Source of the DNA: Anaerolineales bacterium
Lineage (GTDB): Bacteria; Chloroflexota; Anaerolineae; Anaerolineales; UBA4823
Length of the DNA: 64,000 nt
Assembly: GCA_049287485.1 (NCBI GenBank)
Contig: JBAQFX010000005.1
Location: 1,052-65,051, forward strand
Direction: 5' to 3'
This document shows positions 37,275-47,666 of this stretch, one piece after another. Within the stretch, counting starts at the first letter, position 1, and every line of letters begins with the position of its first letter. The notes beneath the pieces were generated by a model. The model was not told the origin of the DNA and did not search any database. It was given only the letters and a program-made list of their open reading frames with translations. Made by a program: the position numbers and the translations under genes.

Positions 37275-38375
37275 ATGACTGCAACAACTGAAGTAACTGT
37301 TAAAAGCCGACTATCCAACCTGCGCTCTGCCTGGTGGGTGACCGCCCTCATGATTGCATTCGGGGCATTTGCCCTCTGGGTGCTGTTGAACTTTGTGATT
37401 GGGGGTCAATGCAAAGAAAAGTGTGTGATTGATACGCTGAACCAGATGTTCCGCACAGCGACACCCATCGTATTTGCGGCTTTAACTGGACTCCTTTGCG
37501 AGCGTTCCGGCATTATTAATATAGGCATCGAGGGTCAGATGCTGATGGCTGCCATGACAGCCTATGCGATTAACCTGTTTTCCTACCAATGGTTAAAAAC
37601 CATCATGGATCCGACTGCCGCAGGCGACATCAGCCGTTGGCTGGCACTGGTGATTGCAGTGCTTTCGGCAGTCTTGTTGGGTGCGCTGCACGCGGTCGTG
37701 TCTATCAAGTTCAAAGCAGACCAGATCATCAGCGGTACAGTGATTAACATCCTCGCTATTGGCATCACCGGTTTTATATACCATAAATACCTGGCCGAAA
37801 ATCTACCCCCTGGCCCGGGGACTTTCCCGATATTTAATTTTCCCTTATTATCGAAGATACCGATTATAGGTCAGATCTTATTTGAACAAAAACCACTCAC
37901 CTACATCATGCTGATCACGGTCTTCGTACTGAACTATGTGCTGTTCAGCACACCCTGGGGATTACGCACGCGGGCAGTGGGTGAGCATCCGCGGGCTGCG
38001 GACACCCTGGGTGTGAATGTGATCAAGAATCGTTACATCAACACTTTGATAGGCAGTGCGTTTGCGGGATTAGGGGGCGCCTGGTTCACCCTGGAGGCAG
38101 TGGATGTATTCAACCCACTGATGACCAATGGATTGGGCTTCATCGGATTGGCAGCCATGATCTTCGGCAAGTGGATGCCCTTCGGAGCAATGCTGGGGGC
38201 GTTAATCTTCGGCCTGGGCAACAGCGTCACCTCTGTGTTGAGCATCTTCCGCCCGGATATACCCTCGCATATTCCACAAATGCTGCCATATATCCTAACC
38301 ATCATCGTCCTGACGGGGGTAGTAGGCCGTGCGATTCCTCCAGCTGCAGAAGGAAAGCCGTACGAGAAACAGTGA
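37275..38375 (+). CDS. ABC transporter permease (BMP/nucleoside-type, second)
   Basis: A 366-aa polytopic protein with the NIGIEGQ block. Confidence 0.85.
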   Translation: MTATTEVTVKSRLSNLRSAWWVTALMIAFGAFALWVLLNFVIGGQCKEKCVIDTLNQMFRTATPIVFAALTGLLCERSGIINIGIEGQMLMAAMTAYAINLFSYQWLKTIMDPTAAGDISRWLALVIAVLSAVLLGALHAVVSIKFKADQIISGTVINILAIGITGFIYHKYLAENLPPGPGTFPIFNFPLLSKIPIIGQILFEQKPLTYIMLITVFVLNYVLFSTPWGLRTRAVGEHPRAADTLGVNVIKNRYINTLIGSAFAGLGGAWFTLEAVDVFNPLMTNGLGFIGLAAMIFGKWMPFGAMLGALIFGLGNSVTSVLSIFRPDIPSHIPQMLPYILTIIVLTGVVGRAIPPAAEGKPYEKQ

Positions 38376-38406
38376 TGTGTGTCACAATCAGTCTATGCAG
38401 AAAATA

Positions 38407-39441
38407 TTACTTACCTGAATTGTAGCCGGTGGTGATGGAACCACCATTCAAACCAGAAATTACCTGGTTAATTTTATCTTTGACTCCCTGCGGGATGGTA
38501 CTGTCAAAGTCGTGGTAGGGAGCCAGTCCCGAGGCGCCATAGAAGTTGCCAGCTGGCATAGAACCATCTTTAGCCAGTTTGAGGAGGTCGAACACACCTG
38601 AGCTGACCAACTTAATCGTGCTGGAGATCAGGCAAGGGTGAGCCTCAGGGACAAGTCCCCATTGATCAGCATCAACACCGATGCAGTACAAACCGGGATG
38701 GCTGGCCACTTCGATCAGAACCCCATTTCCAGTCCTGCCACCAGCCCCTAAGATGACATCTGCCCCGTTCTGGATTGCCTGGGCAGCGGTGCCAGCACCC
38801 CATCTTGGGTCAGTGGATGCAGTCTCTAAACTATTGGGATAATAGGTGGAGATAATATTAACACTGGGGTTGATATATTTAGCCCCGGCTTCATAGCCTT
38901 CTTTGAAAGCCACCATCGACTTTGTAGCATCAGAACCGAGAACAGCAGCAATTGTATTGGTCTTGGTAAGTTGAGCGGCCAAAGCGCCAGCCAGAAAACC
39001 GGCCTGGTCCTCCTGGAAGACAAGACCCACCAGGTTAGGTAATACCTCATCTTGATTCTGATCCACGCCAATGAAAAGAATGCCAGGGAATGTTTTTGCA
39101 GCGGAAGTAGTAGCTTCGCCCAGGATAGTGCCGACAGTCACTATAACATCGTAACCAGCGTCTACAAAAGTTGCGATATTCTGGCTATAATCCTTCGAGT
39201 CAACGGTCTCGATGGCTCGTACCCAATCTACAAGCTTCTCATGCTGCGCCTTAAGCAAGCCCTCCCATGCAGATTGGTTGAACGACATATCATTGACTCC
39301 GCCGAGTCCGGTGACTAGACCTACGCACATAACATCGGGTTTAGTACAGTCAGCCTCAGTGGGTGGGGCAATCTGACAAGCTCCCAGCAAGATAGCCGCA
39401 ATTATTAGAAATACAATCGTTAATGAGAACTTCTTTTGCAT
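38407..39441 (-). CDS. BMP-family substrate-binding lipoprotein (second copy, convergent)
   Basis: Lipobox LLGAC at the ATG-39441 start, and the BMP blocks GLGGVNDMSFNQSAW and GVDADQ. Confidence 0.85.
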   Translation of the reverse strand: MQKKFSLTIVFLIIAAILLGACQIAPPTEADCTKPDVMCVGLVTGLGGVNDMSFNQSAWEGLLKAQHEKLVDWVRAIETVDSKDYSQNIATFVDAGYDVIVTVGTILGEATTSAAKTFPGILFIGVDQNQDEVLPNLVGLVFQEDQAGFLAGALAAQLTKTNTIAAVLGSDATKSMVAFKEGYEAGAKYINPSVNIISTYYPNSLETASTDPRWGAGTAAQAIQNGADVILGAGGRTGNGVLIEVASHPGLYCIGVDADQWGLVPEAHPCLISSTIKLVSSGVFDLLKLAKDGSMPAGNFYGASGLAPYHDFDSTIPQGVKDKINQVISGLNGGSITTGYNSGK

Positions 39442-39547
39442 ATAATTATCAAATAATTGAGTTTGGAATAAACCGGTATTTCCAGCGAAGGACACGCATA
39501 ATACATTGATATTCAGGCAGATTGTCAATCGATCAGCTTATCGCATA

Positions 39548-40624
39548 TTATGGACGATTTTCGCCGGTTGTCAAATCCACACTGGTATCAATAAACCCGG
39601 ACTGAAGATCGGACAAAACTTGCTCAGCCATGCGCTGCTTTCCGGGTGTTAAAAGAAGTGGATTGAGGTGGGTGAATTGGATCGGAACTGCCAGCGTTTG
39701 ACCCATGGACAGGTTACCATATAAAATACCCTCCACCTGGCTTTGAATAAGGGGGAGAGGATCGGTGGTGAGTGAAACGACCCAGCTCGAGCTGGCTGAG
39801 GGGGGAGGATCACCACTGCTGATGAGGTTCACTTTGGCAGTTGCCAGAATGGAGAGCATAGCTTCATCTGTCACGCCCGGGTAAATATATACCGTTTGAA
39901 CATAATGGTCAACCATGTAATTGGCAGCCTCCTGCCATTCAATGCCAGAGGCGGTGGATGGCAATTCAAAGGGGAGCGGATACTCGTAGAAGGGAGGCTG
40001 GGCCGGGCGGCAGAGACCGCAGAAATAAATTACGCCGTTCAGAAAACCGGTGCGAGCGGCACGCCCCTCAACGGTATCAGACAAGCTGATCACCCCTACG
40101 CGCCAATCGTCAGAAAGCATGGCGGCAATAACGCCGGCGATGAATCCCTGCTGGTCGAAACGACCACCACTTGCACCGATTGAGGTCAGGTTAGGGAAGG
40201 ATGGTAACCCTTGAATACCGAGAGCTAGAAATTGGGTATCGGGAGCAGCGGCGACCAGATCTGCCAGACCAGGATCAGGGAGGACCACCACCACCAATCG
40301 CAGCGCAGGCACCAGATCGGTTGTGGTGAGCTGTTGCCTGACCTGCCAACGTAATCCAGCCTGGGTGACGATATCGTTAAGGGCAGTCTGCAGGAGGCCC
40401 ACCTGTGCCTGGTCGGCTCCCGCAGCTGCTAAAAGGACTGCCATGGGAGGTTGGGGTGTGGGTGTGGGAGTGAGGGTGGGAGTGGGAGTGATGGAGGCGG
40501 TTGGGCTGGGGAAGGGGGTGAGGGTGGGTTTAGAGGTCGGGATGACCGTGCCACAGGCGGATAGCCACAAGATCAGGCAAGATATTAACGTAATGTAGAT
40601 TGTGTAGCGAGTGTGTTGCCTCAA
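39548..40624 (-). CDS. Divergent BMP-like / periplasmic-binding-fold lipoprotein with a PT-rich linker
   Basis: I prefer the TTG start at 40624, preceded by GGAG, which gives the signal MRQHTRYTIYITLISCLILWLSAC. The longer ORF to 40948 would overlap the HAD gene. Weak BMP-like blocks are present (FDQQGFIAGVIAA). Confidence 0.5.
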   Translation of the reverse strand: MRQHTRYTIYITLISCLILWLSACGTVIPTSKPTLTPFPSPTASITPTPTLTPTPTPQPPMAVLLAAAGADQAQVGLLQTALNDIVTQAGLRWQVRQQLTTTDLVPALRLVVVVLPDPGLADLVAAAPDTQFLALGIQGLPSFPNLTSIGASGGRFDQQGFIAGVIAAMLSDDWRVGVISLSDTVEGRAARTGFLNGVIYFCGLCRPAQPPFYEYPLPFELPSTASGIEWQEAANYMVDHYVQTVYIYPGVTDEAMLSILATAKVNLISSGDPPPSASSSWVVSLTTDPLPLIQSQVEGILYGNLSMGQTLAVPIQFTHLNPLLLTPGKQRMAEQVLSDLQSGFIDTSVDLTTGENRP

Positions 40625-40712
40625 GACATAGCGCTCCAACAATTGGGTCGGCGCGTATTGTACTACAAGGCAGGAAATTGAGGGGAACTGGATCGGCATA
40701 TGAGAAAAACCG

Positions 40713-41201
40713 ATGGGGTATAATACATTTATGATCGAGCTGAACATCCCAGGGTGTGGTTTGCTCCAGCTGCAACATCTGGTGTGTGACGTCAACGGTA
40801 CCCTGGCAGTAGATGGGCAGCTCCTGGATGGTGTGAAGCAAAGGTTATCTGGCCTGTGCGACCGCCTGAGCCTGCACCTGTTGACTGCAGACACCCATGG
40901 AAAACAAGACAGCATTGACCAGCAGCTCGGAATCAGAGCTGTACGCATTCAACCAGGGGATGAAGCAGGACACAAAGCGAATTACGTTCTGCAACTGGGT
41001 GCGGGAACGGTGGTGGCGATAGGGCAGGGTGCAAACGATGCGGCGATGCTGCGGGCTGCTGGAATGGGGATATGTGTGCTTTCTCCCGAAGGAACGGCAG
41101 TGGAAACACTGATGAGTGCTGACCTGGTGGTCAGCAGTATTTTTGAGGCATTGGAATTGCTTGAAAAACCACTCAGGATTGTAGCCAGTTTACGTAAATG
41201 A
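40713..41201 (+). CDS. HAD-superfamily hydrolase (soluble P-type-ATPase-like phosphatase)
   Basis: It has motif I DVNGTL and motif IV GQGANDAAML. The length is 162 aa. Confidence 0.7.
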   Translation: MGYNTFMIELNIPGCGLLQLQHLVCDVNGTLAVDGQLLDGVKQRLSGLCDRLSLHLLTADTHGKQDSIDQQLGIRAVRIQPGDEAGHKANYVLQLGAGTVVAIGQGANDAAMLRAAGMGICVLSPEGTAVETLMSADLVVSSIFEALELLEKPLRIVASLRK

Positions 41202-42397
41202 GCCTACCCAAGACTGACAATATCCCGGACGACCCAGACCTGATGCCACCGGCACGACGTCGACGAGCGCGTCGCTTGCTTGCACCTCTGGAGATTAATG
41301 AGCGGGCAGTGGTCCTTGACCAGATGAGGCAGCGCACCTCACCCAGTTTTGATTTTTTCCTGTTCTCGGTGATTTCAGGGATCATTTTCTGTATTGGGCT
41401 GATGCTGGATTCACCAGCCATACTGGTCTTGGGAGCTATATTTGCCCCGTTGATGGCGCCGGTGATTGGCCTTTCATTGGCAACGGTAGTGGGATCGTAT
41501 AAATTCTTCTTTCGCAACCTAGTGGGTCTGGTGATTGGTTGCTGGATGGTGTTCGTGGTGGGGATCGCAGCTGGCTTACTGGGACGGGTATGGGACCCAG
41601 AAGCTTTGACACAGGCGTATTTAAACGCCAGGCTTTCATTGATCAGCTTTATAGTGCTGACTGTAGGGGCTGTTTTCACTGCAGCGACCATGGTACATCA
41701 CGAGAAGAACCCAGCTGCTCCGAGCGTGGCACTGGCTTACACACTCTACCTGCCACTGGTAGTGGCAGGTTATGGTTTGGGTAGCGGAGCGCCTCATTTA
41801 TTTCCAGATGGACTGGTTGTATTCGCGATTTATCTTGCCTGGGGGGCACTCCTGGGGGCAATCATCCTGGCGATCCTGGGTTTTCGACCGATGACTGTAT
41901 TAGGCTATACCCTTGGAGGCGTGGTCACCTTGCTAGGATTGGCAATGATATTTGGGGTGGGGGTGTATAGTATTACATTGGGGTGGTTTGGACCGCCATT
42001 GGCAGTGCCAACTTATACAGCCACACCGACTACTACATTAACACCAATTCCTCCAACGGCGACCCGCACGGCCACCCCGGTGCCTCCCACATTTACGCCC
42101 ACCATTACAATTACTCCAACGCGAACCCCAACCCCCACAGAAACGTTCACGCCAACTCCAGTACCGGTGTACGCACGCATTGGTCCGGATGAAGGTGCGA
42201 TATTGCGAGCAAGACCGGGATTCACGGAACAGGTGTTGTCTCCGGGCGTGATCCAGGGGACGCTGGTCCAGCTCCTGGGAGATGCACAGGAGGTGGATGG
42301 ATACCGGTGGGTGGAAGTGCGGGTAATTGAGGACGGCAGGCAAGGGTGGATGCTGCAATCCCTGTTGGATATCGCTACACCCGAGCCAAATTGGTAG
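41198..42397 (+). CDS. DUF389-like membrane protein fused via a PT-rich linker to a C-terminal SH3b-like domain
   Basis: The order is a basic N-terminus, about 6 TM segments, a TPxxTP linker, then ARIGPDEGAILRARPG...GYRWVEVRV..GRQGWMLQSLL. The start overlaps the HAD stop (ATGA). Confidence 0.6.
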   Translation: MSLPKTDNIPDDPDLMPPARRRRARRLLAPLEINERAVVLDQMRQRTSPSFDFFLFSVISGIIFCIGLMLDSPAILVLGAIFAPLMAPVIGLSLATVVGSYKFFFRNLVGLVIGCWMVFVVGIAAGLLGRVWDPEALTQAYLNARLSLISFIVLTVGAVFTAATMVHHEKNPAAPSVALAYTLYLPLVVAGYGLGSGAPHLFPDGLVVFAIYLAWGALLGAIILAILGFRPMTVLGYTLGGVVTLLGLAMIFGVGVYSITLGWFGPPLAVPTYTATPTTTLTPIPPTATRTATPVPPTFTPTITITPTRTPTPTETFTPTPVPVYARIGPDEGAILRARPGFTEQVLSPGVIQGTLVQLLGDAQEVDGYRWVEVRVIEDGRQGWMLQSLLDIATPEPNW

Positions 42398-42404
42398 TGG
42401 GGCG

Positions 42405-43046
42405 TTAAATCCAATTCAGGACACCTACAAACAAAACCAGGCAAATGAGGTCGAAGCCAAGGATCCCGGTGACAGTGATGGCTTTCTGCCGGACGGTAGG
42501 CATATCGAAGACCCAGAACGAGACCAGGAAGAAGGGTAGGTAGCCGATGAGGAAGATTAACCATGGGGCACCCACGTTCCACCAGGTGTAGTCCCAAGTG
42601 AGCGCACCGGCGGCGTTCAAGAGCAGCTCGACGATCACGCAAAATATCGAACCCGCAATAGCAAAGACCAGGCGGTTGGGCAAGCCGAAGAGCTTAAGGC
42701 TTTTATCGACGGGCAGCATTTTGGAGAAGGCCACCCCGGCGATGGCAAACATGAAGCATATCTCGATGTTTAAGCCGATCAGGAGCAGGTAAGCCGTCCT
42801 ACCGGGCGCTCCCCAAACAGGGGCGTAATTGGTGAAGTGAAAGACCAGCCCATTCCAGATTTCATTGAACCAATCCATGCCCCAAAATGCCAGACCGGCA
42901 AAGACCAGGCTCCAATTGCGACGTTCGACTTCGACGGTGTAGACGTACACGATGAGAGCAAACAGCGGAATGACATACCATTGGAATGTGATGGGGTTAC
43001 GCAAGATGGCGATGGCTTGAGAAGCAGATTCAGTAGGCACGATCAT
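42405..43046 (-). CDS. Hypothetical polytopic membrane protein
   Basis: A 213-aa ORF with about 6 TM segments. I recognise no family. Confidence 0.5.
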   Translation of the reverse strand: MIVPTESASQAIAILRNPITFQWYVIPLFALIVYVYTVEVERRNWSLVFAGLAFWGMDWFNEIWNGLVFHFTNYAPVWGAPGRTAYLLLIGLNIEICFMFAIAGVAFSKMLPVDKSLKLFGLPNRLVFAIAGSIFCVIVELLLNAAGALTWDYTWWNVGAPWLIFLIGYLPFFLVSFWVFDMPTVRQKAITVTGILGFDLICLVLFVGVLNWI

Positions 43047-43131
43047 CCTCCTCAGGAATTTGGTATACCCATTGATTTAATAAACCATGTTCGAGAGGTC
43101 GGTGTAAGGCTGGAAACAGGGAGGCAAGACC

Positions 43132-43770
43132 TCAGGCAAACAAATGTCCCATTTTACGGATTGTATTGACGACTTCCGGTGGTATCACCGGCGGTGTGAT
43201 ACCCATTGCCCTGCAGGTGAGGAGCTTGAGTGCGGTCACCTCAATGATATCCGTGAAATTGGCGGCACGGCGCAGGTTGTCGGCGGCTACGACCAGCCCA
43301 TGATTTTGCATTAATACCGCAAAACCAATGCCTATAGCCTTAGCGACAGCTTCACCCAGCTCATCGGTGCCTGGCATGATGAAGGGCACAACGGGGATAT
43401 CGCCAAGAAATGCTGATTCAAGCGAGATAGGAAGAAAACGTGTTCCTGTAAGGGCCATCAGGGTGGCTTGGGGGGCATGGGTGTGGATCACGGCGGTGAT
43501 TTCAGGCCTTAATCGATATATGGCACAGTGGACACGGAGCTCACTGGAGGCGGTGTAAGAAGTGGCCTCTTTTATATTACCCTGCAAATCGATACGCACC
43601 ATCATCTCAGGTTGCAAATCTCCTTTGAAAATGGCACTGGGAGTGATCCAAATTTCATCAGGATCATCTTCACAGCGGGCACTGATGTTACCTCCGGTGG
43701 GGGTTAGCAGACTTTTTTGGTACAACTCGGAGGCGATTTGTACGATTTGTTGGCGTAGGTCATTGTTCAT
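43132..43770 (-). CDS. Class II aldolase / adducin-domain protein
   Basis: A 212-aa ORF with the metal-binding His cluster context (AVIHTHAP) and a GGNIS-type N-terminal block. Confidence 0.8.
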   Translation of the reverse strand: MNNDLRQQIVQIASELYQKSLLTPTGGNISARCEDDPDEIWITPSAIFKGDLQPEMMVRIDLQGNIKEATSYTASSELRVHCAIYRLRPEITAVIHTHAPQATLMALTGTRFLPISLESAFLGDIPVVPFIMPGTDELGEAVAKAIGIGFAVLMQNHGLVVAADNLRRAANFTDIIEVTALKLLTCRAMGITPPVIPPEVVNTIRKMGHLFA

Positions 43771-43971
43771 GATGGTTTCCTGTCCTTTGATGATGAAATT
43801 ATAGCCTGAAAGCTGTTCGCGGGTGCAAGGCTAAAACCAAGGGTGAGGTGTATATCGTTTTTTATAGCATTGGGAAGCTGGAATATGAGATGCGGACGAA
43901 ATTTCCGGCAGGGGTAAAAGTTAGCCCGATTCTGAAGAAACCTATCGGAGCAAAGGTGTTATAAGAATTGC

Positions 43972-45291
43972 ATGACCATACCAACAAGCGCCAACATCAA
44001 GAGATCGGTAGGATTCCTGTTTGGGTTAAACAGCCTGATGATAGGGGCGAACCTGGTCTGGGTGTCGTACAACACCATCCTATTACCCACACTGGTTGAA
44101 CATGTCATCACTGCCAGCCGGGGATTGGTGGTGGGATTGATTGGTTTCTTCGGCACGCTGCTTTCTATACTGGTGAGCCTGTTATGGGGGATTATCAGCG
44201 ATCATTCTTCCAACCGGTGGGGAAAGCGCACTCCGTCAATCCTGATGGGGGCGGTGATGGCATTCCCGTTGATTGGGCTACCAGCCTTGTTCCTATCCCC
44301 TGAATGGAAAGCCGTCTTTTTCCCGGTGGCATTGCCCATGGTTATCCTCAGTTACTTTGGGATGCAATTTTTCACCAACGTGAGCAACGGTGCCTGGTGG
44401 CCCCTGCTGGTGGATATGGTACCTGAAAACCAACGTGGCATGGCGGCGGGCATGGGAGGATTTTTAACCTTAATGGGATCTGCCGCTGGCATCCTGGTGG
44501 TTACCAGGATGAACCAAAACGGGCAAACTGGAAGTGCATTACTGATGATTGGAGGCATCTTTACCCTGACAGGGATCATCAATGTGCTGGTGATCAAAGG
44601 CAAGGATAAACCAGCGCAGAAATCCCAACGTATCAACCTATGGGAAGCCATGAGCGACATGTTCAAGGTGCGCAGGCGCGTGGAGGTGTTTTTCTGGCTG
44701 GTGTTAGCCATGCTGCTGGCAAATATGGGCTTTAACAGCCTGCAGTTTTTTGCACGTTATTTCTTTGAAGTGTATTTCCCGATGATCAGTCCTGACGCAG
44801 GCTACAGGATAATGGGTGGCATAAGCCTGGTGGTGATGATGCTCTCTGCAGTAGGGTCGGGCATCCTGTCGGATAAGATTGGGCGTCGTACGATGATCTT
44901 GTGGGCAATGGTAGCTTGCGGAGTGAGTACCTTGTTAATGGGGTTCACCAGCAACTTCATGGTCTTCCTGGTTTTCACCGGGTTACGCTCTATTGCCATG
45001 GGACCTATCCTGGCAACTGCCCCGGCGCTGGCAAGCGACCTGGCTCCCAAGGATGAAGCAGGACATTATATGGCGTATAACAATATCTCAACCAGTTTAT
45101 CCGGTGCACTTTCATCACTGATCTTTGGGGTATTGTTAGCCCAGTTAACGCAGACCACTTTTGAGTATCTGTTCATCATATCGGCTATCCTTTTCCTGGT
45201 AGGCGCGATCGTTTTCTCCAGGAGAGTGACCCAAAGCGCGCTTGATATGCGTTTTGAAGCCGTCATGGATGAAGTAGGTGAAATGGTTTGA
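43972..45291 (+). CDS. MFS transporter
   Basis: A 439-aa ORF with 12 predicted TM segments and the motif SDKIGRR. Confidence 0.8.
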   Translation: MTIPTSANIKRSVGFLFGLNSLMIGANLVWVSYNTILLPTLVEHVITASRGLVVGLIGFFGTLLSILVSLLWGIISDHSSNRWGKRTPSILMGAVMAFPLIGLPALFLSPEWKAVFFPVALPMVILSYFGMQFFTNVSNGAWWPLLVDMVPENQRGMAAGMGGFLTLMGSAAGILVVTRMNQNGQTGSALLMIGGIFTLTGIINVLVIKGKDKPAQKSQRINLWEAMSDMFKVRRRVEVFFWLVLAMLLANMGFNSLQFFARYFFEVYFPMISPDAGYRIMGGISLVVMMLSAVGSGILSDKIGRRTMILWAMVACGVSTLLMGFTSNFMVFLVFTGLRSIAMGPILATAPALASDLAPKDEAGHYMAYNNISTSLSGALSSLIFGVLLAQLTQTTFEYLFIISAILFLVGAIVFSRRVTQSALDMRFEAVMDEVGEMV

Positions 45292-45296
45292 TTTAA

Positions 45297-46517
45297 CTAT
45301 CCCACTTTCACATTTCTAGGAAGGGGATCTTTCATCTGTGTAATTACCCCAACTAGCACGACCAGCAGGCCGATTGAAAGGATCAACGAGGGTGTAAATG
45401 CACCATTTGCACTCTGCATGGCTTCCATGATGTATACGAAGACTACAGACAGCTGCCCAAATAGCTGAATCACACCATTCGAGGTGCCCTCTGGGGCGGG
45501 GTAGGTGACCTCTGCGACGTATTGCATGCCTATGGGGGCGACACTGATCAGGAAAAAACCCATCCAGAAAGCTGACACAAGCAGCAACCAGAATGCTGTT
45601 GCAAAAGTCACCCCTGCCAGACCAGGGATAGACAGTGCAACACCGAGCAGCATGTAACGCTGGCGTTTGTGTTGTTTATCGGAGAAAGCCGGGATAACAA
45701 CAGCTCCGATAATTCCGCCAAGGATCATCAAGGCTCCCAGGGTGCCAGCGTCGGTGGGGGTGAAACCGCGCGGACGAATGATATTCTCCACCCAGGTGCT
45801 GATGCCATTGAATATGCCCAGCCCGACGAAATAAACAATTACGAACAACCAAAAGGGGGCGGATTTTATGATTTGCTTAAGCCCATCGAGCATCAGGGAG
45901 CGCACTTCCATGCCCGGAGGGCAGGGAGGCGTGGGTGGATGCTCACGGGAGAGGGCAATGAAGAGCACTGCAGCGAAGGCCGCCACACCACCATAGATGA
46001 GCTGGACAGTGGGAATGGGCAGCTGTTCGGTGAGGATGGGCGTGAGCACCATACCCAGGGCGGTCCCGACCAGGTTGGCCAAGGTCACCAGCCCTACTGC
46101 TGTGGCACGTTCATCGATGGAGAACCAATTCGCCGGCACTTTTGTCCAGGCGTTCATCAGGAAGGGTTGGCCGATAGCTATCCCGATACTGCCTGCCAGG
46201 ACAAGGGCATAATTGGTGCCAGCCAAGCCACGGAGGATACTGAACACAGCCATGAAGATCACCCCGAGGCTGACTGCCTTGCGAAAACCGTAGGTATCAA
46301 TCACCCACGAGGCTGGGAAGGAGAGAGGAATAAACGTGATCATGAAGGACATGGCTAACAGGCCAATCTGGAGGTCGGATACCCCGTAAAACTCAGCCGC
46401 GGGACCGGTGATGGGGGCATAGGTGATCCAGAGCATTTGCATGGTAAGGTTGATCAGCATGAAAACAGCCAGCACCACCCAGCGATAACCGTACACCCGG
46501 AATGATTGATTCTTCAT
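45297..46517 (-). CDS. MFS transporter
   Basis: A 406-aa ORF with 12 predicted TM segments. Confidence 0.8.
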   Translation of the reverse strand: MKNQSFRVYGYRWVVLAVFMLINLTMQMLWITYAPITGPAAEFYGVSDLQIGLLAMSFMITFIPLSFPASWVIDTYGFRKAVSLGVIFMAVFSILRGLAGTNYALVLAGSIGIAIGQPFLMNAWTKVPANWFSIDERATAVGLVTLANLVGTALGMVLTPILTEQLPIPTVQLIYGGVAAFAAVLFIALSREHPPTPPCPPGMEVRSLMLDGLKQIIKSAPFWLFVIVYFVGLGIFNGISTWVENIIRPRGFTPTDAGTLGALMILGGIIGAVVIPAFSDKQHKRQRYMLLGVALSIPGLAGVTFATAFWLLLVSAFWMGFFLISVAPIGMQYVAEVTYPAPEGTSNGVIQLFGQLSVVFVYIMEAMQSANGAFTPSLILSIGLLVVLVGVITQMKDPLPRNVKVG

Positions 46518-46658
46518 GAGGTTCCTCCAAATACGGGATTAATGTTTTGTATTCGCCTGTTACGAGATTGTGATCACCATGAACAGGGTATTGTATCCCA
46601 AAGGTTGAGGATTTCCAACTCTATCTCAGCATGGATAGTGTCGTAAAAAGAAATTTTG

Positions 46659-47648
46659 TTATTTCAAAAGATAATCTTCTTGCGCCTTTCTTAAATCTTT
46701 CATGTGATCGTTGAAATATTCGTCGTTGAGAAAATCGATGCCCCAATCCGGGGAATTTTGGGTATGCACACCCATGTGCCAAAGGTAACGGGCGCAGACG
46801 AATAAGGGGACTGCCTGCACGTCACGATCGTGAATGGTCCGGTTTGCACGGTAGCTATCCAAGAAAGGTTCCCAGCGCGAGCCTACTGCATCTTCCAGCC
46901 GGCAACACCACAGGAAAACGGCCAGGTCGTAAGCCCGGTAGCCAAAACCGCCGCAGTCGAAATCGAAGAAAGTCAGCGTGCCATCTGGAGTGAGTTTGGC
47001 ATGGTACCCTTGCAAATCACCATGGCAAAAGCCCTGCTCGAGCATTTCTACAGGCATTGCCAGAATCCGCTGGCGCAGGGTGGCAGCGAACTGTTGGATG
47101 AAATCCCAATCATCTGGTCGATGGGACAGGAAAGGTTGAATATTGCGTAACGGCTGGTCAATAAAGTGAGCCAAATCCAGGTGAAAACGAAAGTGAGGGC
47201 TATGAAAATCATCCAGGGCGTTGTGCATGCGGGCTACAGCCTGCCCGTAACGTTGGGCGTTACTCTCAGGCTCATGATCGTAAGAAATTTCAACACCAGG
47301 CGCTTCGGTGAAGAGTGCCAGGAGGCGAGTGCCCTCCGGGGCAGGAACGGCACAGTAGTGTTGCCCATCGTGGTAGGGGATCGGCTGGATGGCAGGGATA
47401 CCTTTACGCTTCAGATGGTTGAGCACATCCAGCTCAACTTGGATATCGTCCAGCGTGCGCCATTGAAGGCGGTAGGCTCGCAAATAATAGGTCTTGCCAT
47501 CAGCGGTTTTAATGCGGTATGTATGGTTGAACCCGCCAGAATAAAATTTACAATCCGTCACCACACCAATGCCAAAACCTGGCAGGACATCGGTGATGAG
47601 TGCCTCGGGTGATAGGATGGAGGCAATCACAGGAAATGAGGTTTTCAT
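46659..47648 (-). CDS. Aminoglycoside-phosphotransferase-fold kinase (APH / homoserine-kinase type II-like)
   Basis: It has the catalytic loop CHGDLQGYH and the metal-binding FFDFDCGG motif. Confidence 0.75.
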   Translation of the reverse strand: MKTSFPVIASILSPEALITDVLPGFGIGVVTDCKFYSGGFNHTYRIKTADGKTYYLRAYRLQWRTLDDIQVELDVLNHLKRKGIPAIQPIPYHDGQHYCAVPAPEGTRLLALFTEAPGVEISYDHEPESNAQRYGQAVARMHNALDDFHSPHFRFHLDLAHFIDQPLRNIQPFLSHRPDDWDFIQQFAATLRQRILAMPVEMLEQGFCHGDLQGYHAKLTPDGTLTFFDFDCGGFGYRAYDLAVFLWCCRLEDAVGSRWEPFLDSYRANRTIHDRDVQAVPLFVCARYLWHMGVHTQNSPDWGIDFLNDEYFNDHMKDLRKAQEDYLLK

Positions 47649-47666
47649 CTTGTGGTTTTTCGTGGG

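Noticed and set aside
39548-40948. The full 466-aa ORF as the gene model for the divergent BMP-like protein.
   Set aside because: The first ~108 codons precede a textbook lipoprotein signal, overlap the well-supported HAD gene on the other strand, and look non-coding (Cys/Arg/Ser-rich). I prefer the internal TTG at 40624 with a GGAG upstream. The ATG at 40699 is a less likely alternative.
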